A stretch of DNA of 64,000 bases from Sulfuricurvum sp. (GCA_024637215.1 JAGXFM010000030.1:831-64830); one strand, 5' to 3'. Shown: positions 40,910-49,458, counted from the first letter of the stretch. The notes: a model not told the origin generated them from the sequence alone. A program made the numbers and translations.

Positions 40910-42211
40910 TTACCGTTGCGGAAGGACGCAACACAGTTTCGAAGGGAGAATAAGACGGGCACATGAACCGTCAATTCCATCTTCTCGGTTTGTGAGTGTA
41001 ATAATCGCTCCAATCGCTTCAGCGGCACTTTTGGCCAGAAAGAGACCTAACCCGACCCCTGATTTGTTCCCTTGGCGCTTAAACGGTGCAAACAGATCGA
41101 CACTCTCATCGATTCCACACCCCTCATCGATCACTTCAATGACAATCCCTATACTATTGAGATGGCTTTGAAACGTAATCGTTTTCCCCTCAGGGGTAAA
41201 TTTTAAGGCATTTTGCAAGAAGTTTTGCACTATTTGATTTAGTAGGGTTACTTGTAACACGGCACTAAACGCATCGGGAACAAAATGGGTGACTAGATTT
41301 TTATTTTCGCTATTGGCCAAAAGTTTAAAATCACCTTCCCATTTTTTGAGGATTTGAATAATATCGGTTTGGATCGGAATTTCGAGTTGCGCCCCCTCTT
41401 GACGACCGATATTAAGGATGTCGGCAACAATTTTATTCATCTCATCGACGCTTTGGTTGGTGATACGGATCGCTTCGATGTACTCTTCGGGCGAACGTTT
41501 TTTGATTAAAGTTACCTGATTTTTGAGCTTGATAACAGCCAGAGGCGTTTTCAGTTCATGTGCTGCACCGATAAAAAGCTCTTTTTGGTATTTGACAAAA
41601 TTTTGTATCCGAGCGATTAGACGGTTGAGGGTTTCTCCGAGCGGTTCGAATTCATCAGGGAGCTGTTCAACTTTGATAGGACGGATCAAATGCTCATTCA
41701 TGTTAGCTAACCTGCGGGAGAGAGCGGTGATCGGCGCAATCAACATTTTCGAAAAAGCGATAGCATAAAGGATAATCACGACAAACCCAACGGCATTAAT
41801 GAGATAAATAGAGTTCATTATTTTTGTTAAGAGCCGTTTGGTGGAAGTGATGTCACGGCTCACTTTCAGATAAGAGGAGCGTTCAAAGTCAAACGGATAG
41901 ATGAGGGTAAGGGTTGTCGTTTTATCTTTGTGTAACGTCTCATAAAAATCGAGATGTTCTTCATTAGGAGTCAGGCTGATTAGCTCTACGTTAAGTCCCG
42001 TAAGGGTTTCGGTATTGTTTTTCTGTGCCGATAAAAGAGATTTATAGGAGGAGATATTTTCAGCGTAACCGATCAGTTCGGCTTGTTTTTCATCGTAAAT
42101 GGATTGTTTGATAAAAAGATATAAAAAAGAGGAGAAAAGGATAACCAATGCCGCCGAAGCGACAATAAGTTGAAAAAGAAAGCGTCGTCTTATACTTCTT
42201 TTGGAAAACAA
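40910..42211 (-). CDS. Sensor histidine kinase (CosS-like)
   Basis: Two TM segments, HAMP, AHELKTPL, NALKFT, DEGCGI and GVGLGL; overlaps the regulator gene. Confidence 0.9.
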   Translation of the reverse strand: MFSKRSIRRRFLFQLIVASAALVILFSSFLYLFIKQSIYDEKQAELIGYAENISSYKSLLSAQKNNTETLTGLNVELISLTPNEEHLDFYETLHKDKTTTLTLIYPFDFERSSYLKVSRDITSTKRLLTKIMNSIYLINAVGFVVIILYAIAFSKMLIAPITALSRRLANMNEHLIRPIKVEQLPDEFEPLGETLNRLIARIQNFVKYQKELFIGAAHELKTPLAVIKLKNQVTLIKKRSPEEYIEAIRITNQSVDEMNKIVADILNIGRQEGAQLEIPIQTDIIQILKKWEGDFKLLANSENKNLVTHFVPDAFSAVLQVTLLNQIVQNFLQNALKFTPEGKTITFQSHLNSIGIVIEVIDEGCGIDESVDLFAPFKRQGNKSGVGLGLFLAKSAAEAIGAIITLTNREDGIDGSCARLILPSKLCCVLPQR

Positions 42212-42861
42212 AAGCGGTATCCACGGCGACGTACCGTCTCGATGGTTGTAATACCGAGAGGTTTGTCCATTTTTTGGCGGATTTGGTTGATAGCAACCTC
42301 AATAACGTTCGGGGTAACAAGCTCAGGCTCTTCCCAGATTGCATCGAGCAATTGCTCTTTAGAGACGATTTGATCACGATGACGTGCAAGGTGAGTCAAC
42401 ACTTCAAAAGGTTTACCTTTGAGTTCGATCTCTTTCTCTTTATAAATGATTTTTTCCTCTTCAGGATTAATCGTCAAGTCATCAATTTCGATGATATTAC
42501 TACCGCCGAAACGTAAACGTGCTTCAATACGAGCAACAAGAACATCAAAGTCAAACGGTTTACGGATATAATCATCCGCACCTGCTTTAAGTGCTTCAAT
42601 TTCGCTCTCATTGTCATCACGTGCTGAGAGGACAACAACTACAGTTTTAGGGGTGTTGCTTTTGATGTCAGGGATGATATCGACGCTGTTACCGTCCGAT
42701 AGCATCCAATCCATCAAAATCAGGTCATAGTTACGAATATCGAGATAATATTCGCCGTCTTTTAGGGTTTCGACGACATCGCTTTGGTAACCAAATTCTT
42801 TGAGCCCTTCTGCAAGGGTTTTATTGAGGGTTACTTCATCTTCAATGATCAGAATACGCAT
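42190..42861 (-). CDS. hsrA: OmpR-family homeostatic response regulator (HsrA/HP1043/CosR orthologue)
   Basis: GKPFEVLTHLARHRDQIVSKEQLLDAIWEEPELVTPNVIEVAINQIRQKMDKPL C-terminus; folB/plsY/fdx synteny. Confidence 0.9.
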   Translation of the reverse strand: MRILIIEDEVTLNKTLAEGLKEFGYQSDVVETLKDGEYYLDIRNYDLILMDWMLSDGNSVDIIPDIKSNTPKTVVVVLSARDDNESEIEALKAGADDYIRKPFDFDVLVARIEARLRFGGSNIIEIDDLTINPEEEKIIYKEKEIELKGKPFEVLTHLARHRDQIVSKEQLLDAIWEEPELVTPNVIEVAINQIRQKMDKPLGITTIETVRRRGYRFCFPKEV

Positions 42862-42940
42862 TCAGATTCCTCATCTAACGGAAATTTTGCCGAAATGATA
42901 CCATAGTTTTAGAATTTTTTAAACTTTTTTTCAATTTTTT

Positions 42941-43267
42941 TTAAAAAATGAAACTTTTTTGAACACCGACGGTGCAATTTGGAAGAATATTAGGTTTACG
43001 AATAGTTAAAGAGAGGGTTTGAATAAGCGGAAAATGATGTTTGAGAGTGATACTGAGTGTTTCGAGGGCAGTTTCGATCAATTCAAACTGCTGAGCCACC
43101 ATAGTCTTTTCAATGATTTGGGCAACTTCAGCATAATTGACAAAGGCATCTTTAGTATAAGAATAGTCAATAGTGCAGTCGATTTGAACCCTCTGAGGGG
43201 TGGTGCGTTCAGAATCAAGAATCCCGATAACAGTATCAAAGGTGAGATTCTCGATAAGAATGGTCAT
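42941..43267 (-). CDS. folB: Dihydroneopterin aldolase
   Basis: IGILDSER..Q, VNYA, FELIE and IRKP motifs. Confidence 0.88.
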   Translation of the reverse strand: MTILIENLTFDTVIGILDSERTTPQRVQIDCTIDYSYTKDAFVNYAEVAQIIEKTMVAQQFELIETALETLSITLKHHFPLIQTLSLTIRKPNILPNCTVGVQKSFIF

Positions 43268-43878
43268 GCGACCCGTTTCTCTTCCCCTTTGAAAAGGCGG
43301 ACAAAGTTAGGGATATGTTTGTAAAAAAGGATAAAGGCGATGAAAAGTACCGGAGCATGGAACATCGTAGGATAAAGGACAAACGAAGCGATAACAAGGG
43401 CAAGCAGTCCGAGCATCGAGGAGAGCGATGAGATACGGATGGTTTTAGCGGCAACTCCCCATACAATGAGGGCGATGGCGGTAGGGATCGGTAACATAAC
43501 CGCCATAACGCCGATCCCCGTTGCAACCCCTTTGCCCCCCTCAAACCACATATACGGGCTGAAGCAGTGACCGATAACGGCGAGAACGGCAACCATCCAT
43601 TGAACCGAATCACTCATTTCAAAATATTTAGCGGCGAGGACAACAGCGATCCCTTTCAGTGCATCGAGGGCTAATGTCGCGGCACCCAGCTTTTTAGCAA
43701 GTTTAGGATTGGTCTCTTTAACAACGCGCAGTACATTGGTCGCCCCGATGCTACCTGAGCCTGAGTCGGTAATATTAACGCCGGCAAACACTTTTGCCAA
43801 AATAAGCCCGAATGGGATACCGCCGAGGAGATAAGCGGCCAAATAAAACTGTACATTGAGGTTAAATAAAAAATCCAT
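43264..43878 (-). CDS. plsY: Glycerol-3-phosphate acyltransferase PlsY
   Basis: GSGSIGATNVLR, DALKG, GH..P...GGKGVAT and H..N..RL motifs. Confidence 0.95.
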   Translation of the reverse strand: MDFLFNLNVQFYLAAYLLGGIPFGLILAKVFAGVNITDSGSGSIGATNVLRVVKETNPKLAKKLGAATLALDALKGIAVVLAAKYFEMSDSVQWMVAVLAVIGHCFSPYMWFEGGKGVATGIGVMAVMLPIPTAIALIVWGVAAKTIRISSLSSMLGLLALVIASFVLYPTMFHAPVLFIAFILFYKHIPNFVRLFKGEEKRVA

Positions 43879-43957
43879 AATAGGTGACTCTTTGTTGGTA
43901 AATTTTGGATGGTATTATATTTCAAAAGATATAATAACATCCTAATGAGAGTAAGGA

Positions 43958-44962
43958 ATGATTTTGAATACTAGCGCAGAAGAGTTAAAACAAAAAATTA
44001 TTGATCTTAAAAGCCGTCTCAGTGTCACGGTCGTCGCCCATTTTTATCAGCGCGATGAAGTGTTTGAGATGGGGGATATTACGGGAGATTCGCTCGAACT
44101 CGCCAAACGGACGATGGCGGATGATAAAGAGTTCGTTGTCTTTTGCGGTGTCGGTTTTATGGGGCAGAGCGTCAAAATTCTCAGCCCCCACAAACGGGTT
44201 GTTATGCCGAAAGTTGCGTGCTGTGCGATGGCAAAAATGATCGACGGACTCTATTATGATCAATCGATCCAAAAACTCGAAGATGCGGGGATCAAAGCGG
44301 ATGATATTCTCCCGATCACGTACATCAACTCCGATGCGGCGGTAAAAGCCCGCGTGGGGAAAATGGGAGGAATGGTCTGCACCAGCTCCAACGCCAAAAC
44401 GATTATTACCAATGCACTCGCCGAGGGGAAAAAGATCCTCTTCGTCCCTGATCGCTGTCTGGGGCAAAATATCGCCAATATGATGGGGCTGAAATCGTGC
44501 GTCATCGGTGATGGCAGTGATCCCAAAGAAGCGGACATCATTTGCTACGACGGATTTTGCTCGGTGCATCAGCTCTTTAGTGTCGAGGATATCGAGTTTT
44601 ACCGCAATAAGTATCCGGGGATTTTGATCGCCGTCCACCCTGAATGTGACCCTGCTATCTGTGACCGAGCCGATTTCGTCGGTTCGACTTCGCAACTCAT
44701 CAAATACATCATGGAACTTCCAGTGGATCAAAAGGTGGCGGTAGGGACAGAATTTAATATGGTCAACCGTCTCCGTCCGAGTAATACCTATATTCTCTCA
44801 AGTACCAAACCCGAATGTCCGACGATGAATGAGACGACATTGGAAGATTTATATAATGTCCTTAAATCGATCGAAGAGGGTGCGCCGATTAATGAGATCG
44901 AAGTGGACGAAGATACGGCGTATTGGGCAAAAATTGCGTTGGAGAGGATGATGGCGTTATAG
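43958..44962 (+). CDS. nadA: Quinolinate synthase
   Basis: AHFYQ, GDSLEL, FCGV.FM, YINS, CTSSNA, CSVH, HPEC and CPTM motifs. Confidence 0.96.
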   Translation: MILNTSAEELKQKIIDLKSRLSVTVVAHFYQRDEVFEMGDITGDSLELAKRTMADDKEFVVFCGVGFMGQSVKILSPHKRVVMPKVACCAMAKMIDGLYYDQSIQKLEDAGIKADDILPITYINSDAAVKARVGKMGGMVCTSSNAKTIITNALAEGKKILFVPDRCLGQNIANMMGLKSCVIGDGSDPKEADIICYDGFCSVHQLFSVEDIEFYRNKYPGILIAVHPECDPAICDRADFVGSTSQLIKYIMELPVDQKVAVGTEFNMVNRLRPSNTYILSSTKPECPTMNETTLEDLYNVLKSIEEGAPINEIEVDEDTAYWAKIALERMMAL

Positions 44963-44968
44963 TAATTT

Positions 44969-45000
44969 CCGTTCGCCCTGAGCTAGTCGAAGGGTAACGG
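44969..45000 (+). repeat. REP-like hairpin, family A, copy 2
   Basis: CCGTTCG-CCCT-GAGCTAGTCGA-AGGG-TA-ACGG inside ATTTCCGTT...AACGGAAAT arms. Confidence 0.75.
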
Positions 45001-45010
45001 AAATCTCCTC

Positions 45011-45039
45011 CCGTCATTCCCGACTTGATCGGGAATCCA
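45011..45039 (+). repeat. REP-like hairpin, family B, copy 2
   Basis: CCGTCAT-TCCCGA-CTTGA-TCGGGA-ATCCA. Confidence 0.8.
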
Positions 45040-45119
45040 GCTGTAGAAAAAAGATAATTAATAATTTATAAGATAACAAAAGATATTATTGTGTATTAAA
45101 TTTAAATTAATGGAATAAT

Positions 45120-45872
45120 ATGAAATCTTTTGGACTTACTTTAGCTGTTTTTTCTGTTTTAGGTTTTGGATTAAGCGGTTGTTTTGCTGAGAGCCCAAAT
45201 CACCCTTCTCAAATGAGTACATATCGTATAATCGATTTAGGTAGCTTCAGCTCTCCTAAAAGTGTACTAATCATTAATCCCGATGTAGGGAATATCGCTG
45301 AAAAGTCTCTTGGTGAAACTTTAATAATAACTTCGAATAAAATTATTGAAAAACAGGTAAGAATTAGTGAGGTATTTACTCGTTGTGTAATTGATGGATT
45401 TGATGCAAATTTTTATATAAAGTCAGGAAATTTAAGATTAGATAGAGAATCCGTGGAAGGTAAATTTTATAAATCAACTCAACCTATACGATTGACATTA
45501 CAAGGAACTTCTTATCAAGCAGAAGGTGGTATATATATTTCAAAAAACAATGAACAATTTATATATCAAACTACTGCATCTGGTGTAACAAGAATCTTTT
45601 TACTTGATCCACAAATTAAAGTGACCTATGAAGATCATACAGAAATTACAAATGAATCCTTTAAGCAGGAATTTGTTTATTTAGGTGTTGTTAAAGGTGT
45701 AGCAACATTTATGTATCGAGAATTTATTGATTCGGTAGCGAGACCAGCATTTTCACAAGAAGTAAAATATGATTTAAATGTAGATAAAACAATTCGTTTT
45801 AAATCGTTAGAATTGCAAATATTAGAAGCTACAAATAGTCGTATAAAATACAAGGTTATCCATCCTTTTTAA
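45120..45872 (+). CDS. Lipoprotein of unknown function
   Basis: Lipobox LSGC and a beta-rich C-terminus (YREF..ARPAFSQEVKYDL); AT-rich. Confidence 0.75.
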   Translation: MKSFGLTLAVFSVLGFGLSGCFAESPNHPSQMSTYRIIDLGSFSSPKSVLIINPDVGNIAEKSLGETLIITSNKIIEKQVRISEVFTRCVIDGFDANFYIKSGNLRLDRESVEGKFYKSTQPIRLTLQGTSYQAEGGIYISKNNEQFIYQTTASGVTRIFLLDPQIKVTYEDHTEITNESFKQEFVYLGVVKGVATFMYREFIDSVARPAFSQEVKYDLNVDKTIRFKSLELQILEATNSRIKYKVIHPF

Positions 45873-45980
45873 AAGCAACTTTGATTTTTATAAAGCCGTG
45901 TCGTATGTATACTTTAGTGTAAAGCATTTTAAGTATTAGAGATCAATACAGTGAAATAGTTTTTAGAAATCTGATACTCC

Positions 45981-46007
45981 CCGTCATTCCCGTGAAAATG
46001 GAATCCA
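45981..46007 (+). repeat. REP-like hairpin, family B, copy 3 (degenerate)
   Basis: CCGTCAT-TCCCGTGAAAATGGA-ATCCA; direct repeat of 45011-45039. Confidence 0.7.
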
Positions 46008-46091
46008 GAAAAGTGAAGATTGAATACGTAACTCCTCTTTTTTCAAACGTTAGTGTCATAAATAAACATATCAAAAAGGTGTCGAAATAAT

Positions 46092-46685
46092 ATGCCAATT
46101 CTTAAACTGTTCATTTCTCATGTTTCAATGCATAAATCTATTGCTACGAACTTTGCACGTGAATTAGAGAAATACAATCTACAACCATTTGTAGCACATG
46201 AAGACATAGAGCCAACAGCTATGTGGCAAGAAGAAATTGTAAGATTTCTTCTTGCCACAGACTGCATGCTTATCCTATTGCACCAAGGCTACAGCAGTAG
46301 TATCTGGTGCAATCAAGAAGTAGGTTTTGCTTTAGGTCGAGAAATTCCCCATGTAAGTATTAGACTTGGAGAAGATCCTAGCGGTTTTATAGGTAAATGG
46401 CAGGCATACACTCCTACTATTCCCATAAACTACCCCGTCGAAGCCAGTAAAATAATCAAACTTATCCGCGACCAAGCATCAAAATCAGAGAGCATTCGAT
46501 CATGGATAATAGGCTCATTTTCTACGAGTAGCTCATTTTCTGAGACAAATAATCTTTGTGATGCATTAAGAGGGCTTATATTAACTGCTTCCGAACTTGA
46601 ACAAATCAAAAGCTCATATGTAGAAAACAGTCAAGTTCGAGGTGCAAACAACATTGTAAACATTCTTGATGAACTTAAACATTAG
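46092..46685 (+). CDS. TIR-domain protein (TIR_2-like)
   Basis: LFISH, FVAHEDIEP..W.EEI and SIWCNQEVGFALG with the catalytic-position Glu. Confidence 0.88.
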   Translation: MPILKLFISHVSMHKSIATNFARELEKYNLQPFVAHEDIEPTAMWQEEIVRFLLATDCMLILLHQGYSSSIWCNQEVGFALGREIPHVSIRLGEDPSGFIGKWQAYTPTIPINYPVEASKIIKLIRDQASKSESIRSWIIGSFSTSSSFSETNNLCDALRGLILTASELEQIKSSYVENSQVRGANNIVNILDELKH

Positions 46686-46693
46686 GAGTCAAC

Positions 46694-47119
46694 ATGTCAA
46701 CTTCAATACTCACAGCAGAAGAAATTGCAGAGCACCAACTAATCACAGCGCTTAGGCTTTGGCATGACGACGATTATTTATCTGCCCTTACGCTCGCTGG
46801 CGCAGCTGAGGAAATTCTCGGTAAAAGACTTCGCATTCTTGGTCGAACTCCTTCTTTCGATCAAATAAAAAACGAGATAATCGCTTTGGCAAAACAGCAC
46901 GGTGACAGTGATCCAAAGACTGAAAAATTGGTAGCTGATTTACTAAATCAAACTCGCAATGAACTTAAGCACTATGCTGGTGATGACTCGCTTAGTTTTG
47001 ATCTGAGATCGGATACGGCAGAGATGATGGAACGAGCCATCGCAAACTATTATTTGCTCACAGGTACTATGTTGGAAGAAGCTGTGCACTTTTGGGCGGA
47101 TGTAAGTAGTACTAACTAA
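46694..47119 (+). CDS. Small helical protein with HEPN-like RxxxxH motif
   Basis: SALTLAGAAEEILG helix and RNELKH. AGGAG RBS overlaps the TIR stop. Confidence 0.6.
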   Translation: MSTSILTAEEIAEHQLITALRLWHDDDYLSALTLAGAAEEILGKRLRILGRTPSFDQIKNEIIALAKQHGDSDPKTEKLVADLLNQTRNELKHYAGDDSLSFDLRSDTAEMMERAIANYYLLTGTMLEEAVHFWADVSSTN

Positions 47120-47150
47120 AGCAATATAGACTTCGAAAGTAGGAATAGAA

Positions 47151-48539
47151 ATGTTTTCAGCTATCAACAATTTTTTTACTATTTTAAAATCTGCCAATGG
47201 TAAATATATTACTGATGCTAAAAATTTGACGTGCTCTTGCCCTGACTGGAAAGAAAAGCGGTATCAATATACTACGAATGATCCAAGAAGACTCTGTAAA
47301 CATCTAATACAAAAATTAGATGAAAATAATCTCGTTCAAGAGGTTTTCAAATACAAAGACAATATTCTATTTTATAAGTCGAAAAATAAAGGCTTTAGAG
47401 ATGATTTTAATCATCTCATTGAAATACCAAATACTGGGTGTACTCTGTTGTACAAATATGAGTTTGAATGGATGAATTTATTTGACGAAGATGGGAATAA
47501 ATATGGCTTTCTGATTGGAGGTAATGGTAACTTTTCATGGTCTAAAGAAACAAAACCTGCTTCAAGCAATACGATCGAATTATTTTTTACAAAGAGTGAG
47601 TATTTATTACCTATTGATTTGTTGAAAGAAGAAATCGATGAAATAATAAAAGTAATATCAGGCAAATATAAAATTTTACAAGAAAATAATCATGGATATT
47701 CATCGATTGCAAACATATATGATATTGTTAATGAAGATGGGGATTATCGTGATGCTGGAACGGTGAATGTTTCAAATGAAAAAATTGATATTAAACTTTA
47801 TGGAAGTGATAATGGATTTACACTAATTAGGGATAAAATAATCATTGAACAAAAATTAAAAGAAAGACTTATAAAAATTAAATCTGGTAATTATTGGGAA
47901 ACAACATACCTAAAATTCAACACTGAAATAGAAGAACGTAATAAAGGAATTAATAAATTTTTAACCACTTCACTTATGTTAAATTATTATAAAAGTGTCA
48001 AAACTAATCATTTCAATAAAATATTAGAAAAAATGAATTTTATTAAAAAAATTGACAGTTATAATAATTCTAAATGGATATTGATTGGTAACGGATTGAA
48101 ATACGGCATCAATTTTCAAAAAAGCTATGTAGGACATAATAGTATTGAGATACCAGATTGGTATGTTATTTCTAAGTTTGATGATTACACAAAAGAGTAT
48201 AAAATAGATACGAGCAGTTACCAAATATATTACACTGAAATATTATGGAATAAAGAAATGTTCAAAGAATTATTAGATTTAGTCACAACATATTCGAAGC
48301 CAAAAGAAAAAGTAGTCAGTAAAAAGCAAACAGAGCGGGATGAATGGCTACAGTTTGTAGAATGCCCGTATTGTGCATCAAAAAATATTCATAAAAAAAA
48401 TAAACGTACATATGGATATGGTGAAGTTCAACGGTATCAATGTATGGATTGTAAAAAGATTTTTCAAGAGTTATTAGATGGCAAATCCAATGATGATTTA
48501 ATAGAAAAAGAGATGATGGGCAATAAGGTTGAAGGATGA
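47151..48539 (+). CDS. Multidomain Zn-finger protein: N-terminal SWIM finger, C-terminal InsA-like Zn ribbon
   Basis: CSCPDW...RLCKH and CPYC..NIHK...QRYQCMDC motifs; very AT-rich. Confidence 0.65.
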   Translation: MFSAINNFFTILKSANGKYITDAKNLTCSCPDWKEKRYQYTTNDPRRLCKHLIQKLDENNLVQEVFKYKDNILFYKSKNKGFRDDFNHLIEIPNTGCTLLYKYEFEWMNLFDEDGNKYGFLIGGNGNFSWSKETKPASSNTIELFFTKSEYLLPIDLLKEEIDEIIKVISGKYKILQENNHGYSSIANIYDIVNEDGDYRDAGTVNVSNEKIDIKLYGSDNGFTLIRDKIIIEQKLKERLIKIKSGNYWETTYLKFNTEIEERNKGINKFLTTSLMLNYYKSVKTNHFNKILEKMNFIKKIDSYNNSKWILIGNGLKYGINFQKSYVGHNSIEIPDWYVISKFDDYTKEYKIDTSSYQIYYTEILWNKEMFKELLDLVTTYSKPKEKVVSKKQTERDEWLQFVECPYCASKNIHKKNKRTYGYGEVQRYQCMDCKKIFQELLDGKSNDDLIEKEMMGNKVEG

Positions 48540-49306
48540 GTGTTTTTAAATATATGCCAACACATATCTATAATAAAAATAATGAAAAAATAGGTATTTT
48601 GAAATATATTTTTGAAGATAATCTATTGTGGTTTGGTAATCCGTTAAATTTTAATGATCCATTTGAATTGAAACCAAATATTAAAGAGTTGGTTAACGAT
48701 GAGAACCATCTAGTTGTTGATATGGTCTCTTCTTATTTTAATGATACGAATCAAGCTCATGAAGTGCATTATGCTTCTATCAATCCTATTCTAAATAATA
48801 CAGGTATTTTGTGCCTATCAGGAAATAAAGAGCATTTAGCAATGTGGGCTCATTATGCAAATAATCATAAGGGTATAGTTGTAGAATTTGCTAAAAATCA
48901 TTCGTTTTTTAGCAGTTTAAAACTTCCAAATTATGCAGTAATTTTACATTATTTAGAAAAAGTTGTATATATTCCTAAAAATAATAGGAAAAGTATAAAC
49001 TCAAATGAGTTTTTTATAGAAGATACATTAAAAGATATATTTTTGACAAAAAGCCAAGATTGGGCGTATGAAGACGAATATCGTATGAGTGTTTATGTTG
49101 AAACAAATGATGAGTATATCGATGGTATAGATATAAGATTTCCAAGTGATTTAATCAATTGTATTTATATAGGGAATAAAGCAGAAAAAGAAACTATAAC
49201 CTATATTATGAGTCTACCAAAAACAGAACAGTGGAAACATTTAAAAATCTATCAAATGGAACTTGATACTGTAAGTTATAAATTAATTCCAAAAGAGTTA
49301 ACATAA
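48536..49306 (+). CDS. DUF2971 domain protein
   Basis: FNDPFE, ILCLS, MWAHYANNHKGIVVEF and K..DWAYEDEYR motifs; ATGA overlap with the upstream gene. Confidence 0.85.
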   Translation: MSVFKYMPTHIYNKNNEKIGILKYIFEDNLLWFGNPLNFNDPFELKPNIKELVNDENHLVVDMVSSYFNDTNQAHEVHYASINPILNNTGILCLSGNKEHLAMWAHYANNHKGIVVEFAKNHSFFSSLKLPNYAVILHYLEKVVYIPKNNRKSINSNEFFIEDTLKDIFLTKSQDWAYEDEYRMSVYVETNDEYIDGIDIRFPSDLINCIYIGNKAEKETITYIMSLPKTEQWKHLKIYQMELDTVSYKLIPKELT

Positions 49307-49385
49307 TAATTAAAAATCAAGGTGTCATGCATTCAATCTTCACTTTTGAAAATTGGGATATGCTTAAATCAAAAATCAATTTCCA

Positions 49386-49458
49386 CTGTCATTCCGTGCC
49401 ACGACACGGAATCTACAAACACAAAAGCATAGATACCGAATCAAGTTCGGTATGACAA
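49386..49458. repeat. REPIN-like inverted pair of family B hairpins (copies 4 and 5)
   Basis: CTGTCAT-TCCGTG-CCACGA-CACGGA-ATCTA (+, 49386-49415) and TTGTCAT-ACCGAA-CTTGA-TTCGGT-ATCTA (-, 49430-49458). Confidence 0.8.

Noticed and set aside
43985-44731. Long antisense ORFs (e.g. 43985-44731, 54412-55092, 32660-33322, 35933-36562)
   Set aside because: They are shadows of well-supported genes on the opposite strand and have no recognisable motifs.
46092-47119. Canonical Thoeris system
   Set aside because: No ThsA-type SIR2/SLOG or TM-Macro effector is present near the TIR gene.
48360-48470. IS1 transposase suggested by the CPYC...QRYQCMDC ribbon
   Set aside because: The ribbon is the C-terminus of a larger protein; no InsB/DDE domain or terminal inverted repeats were seen.
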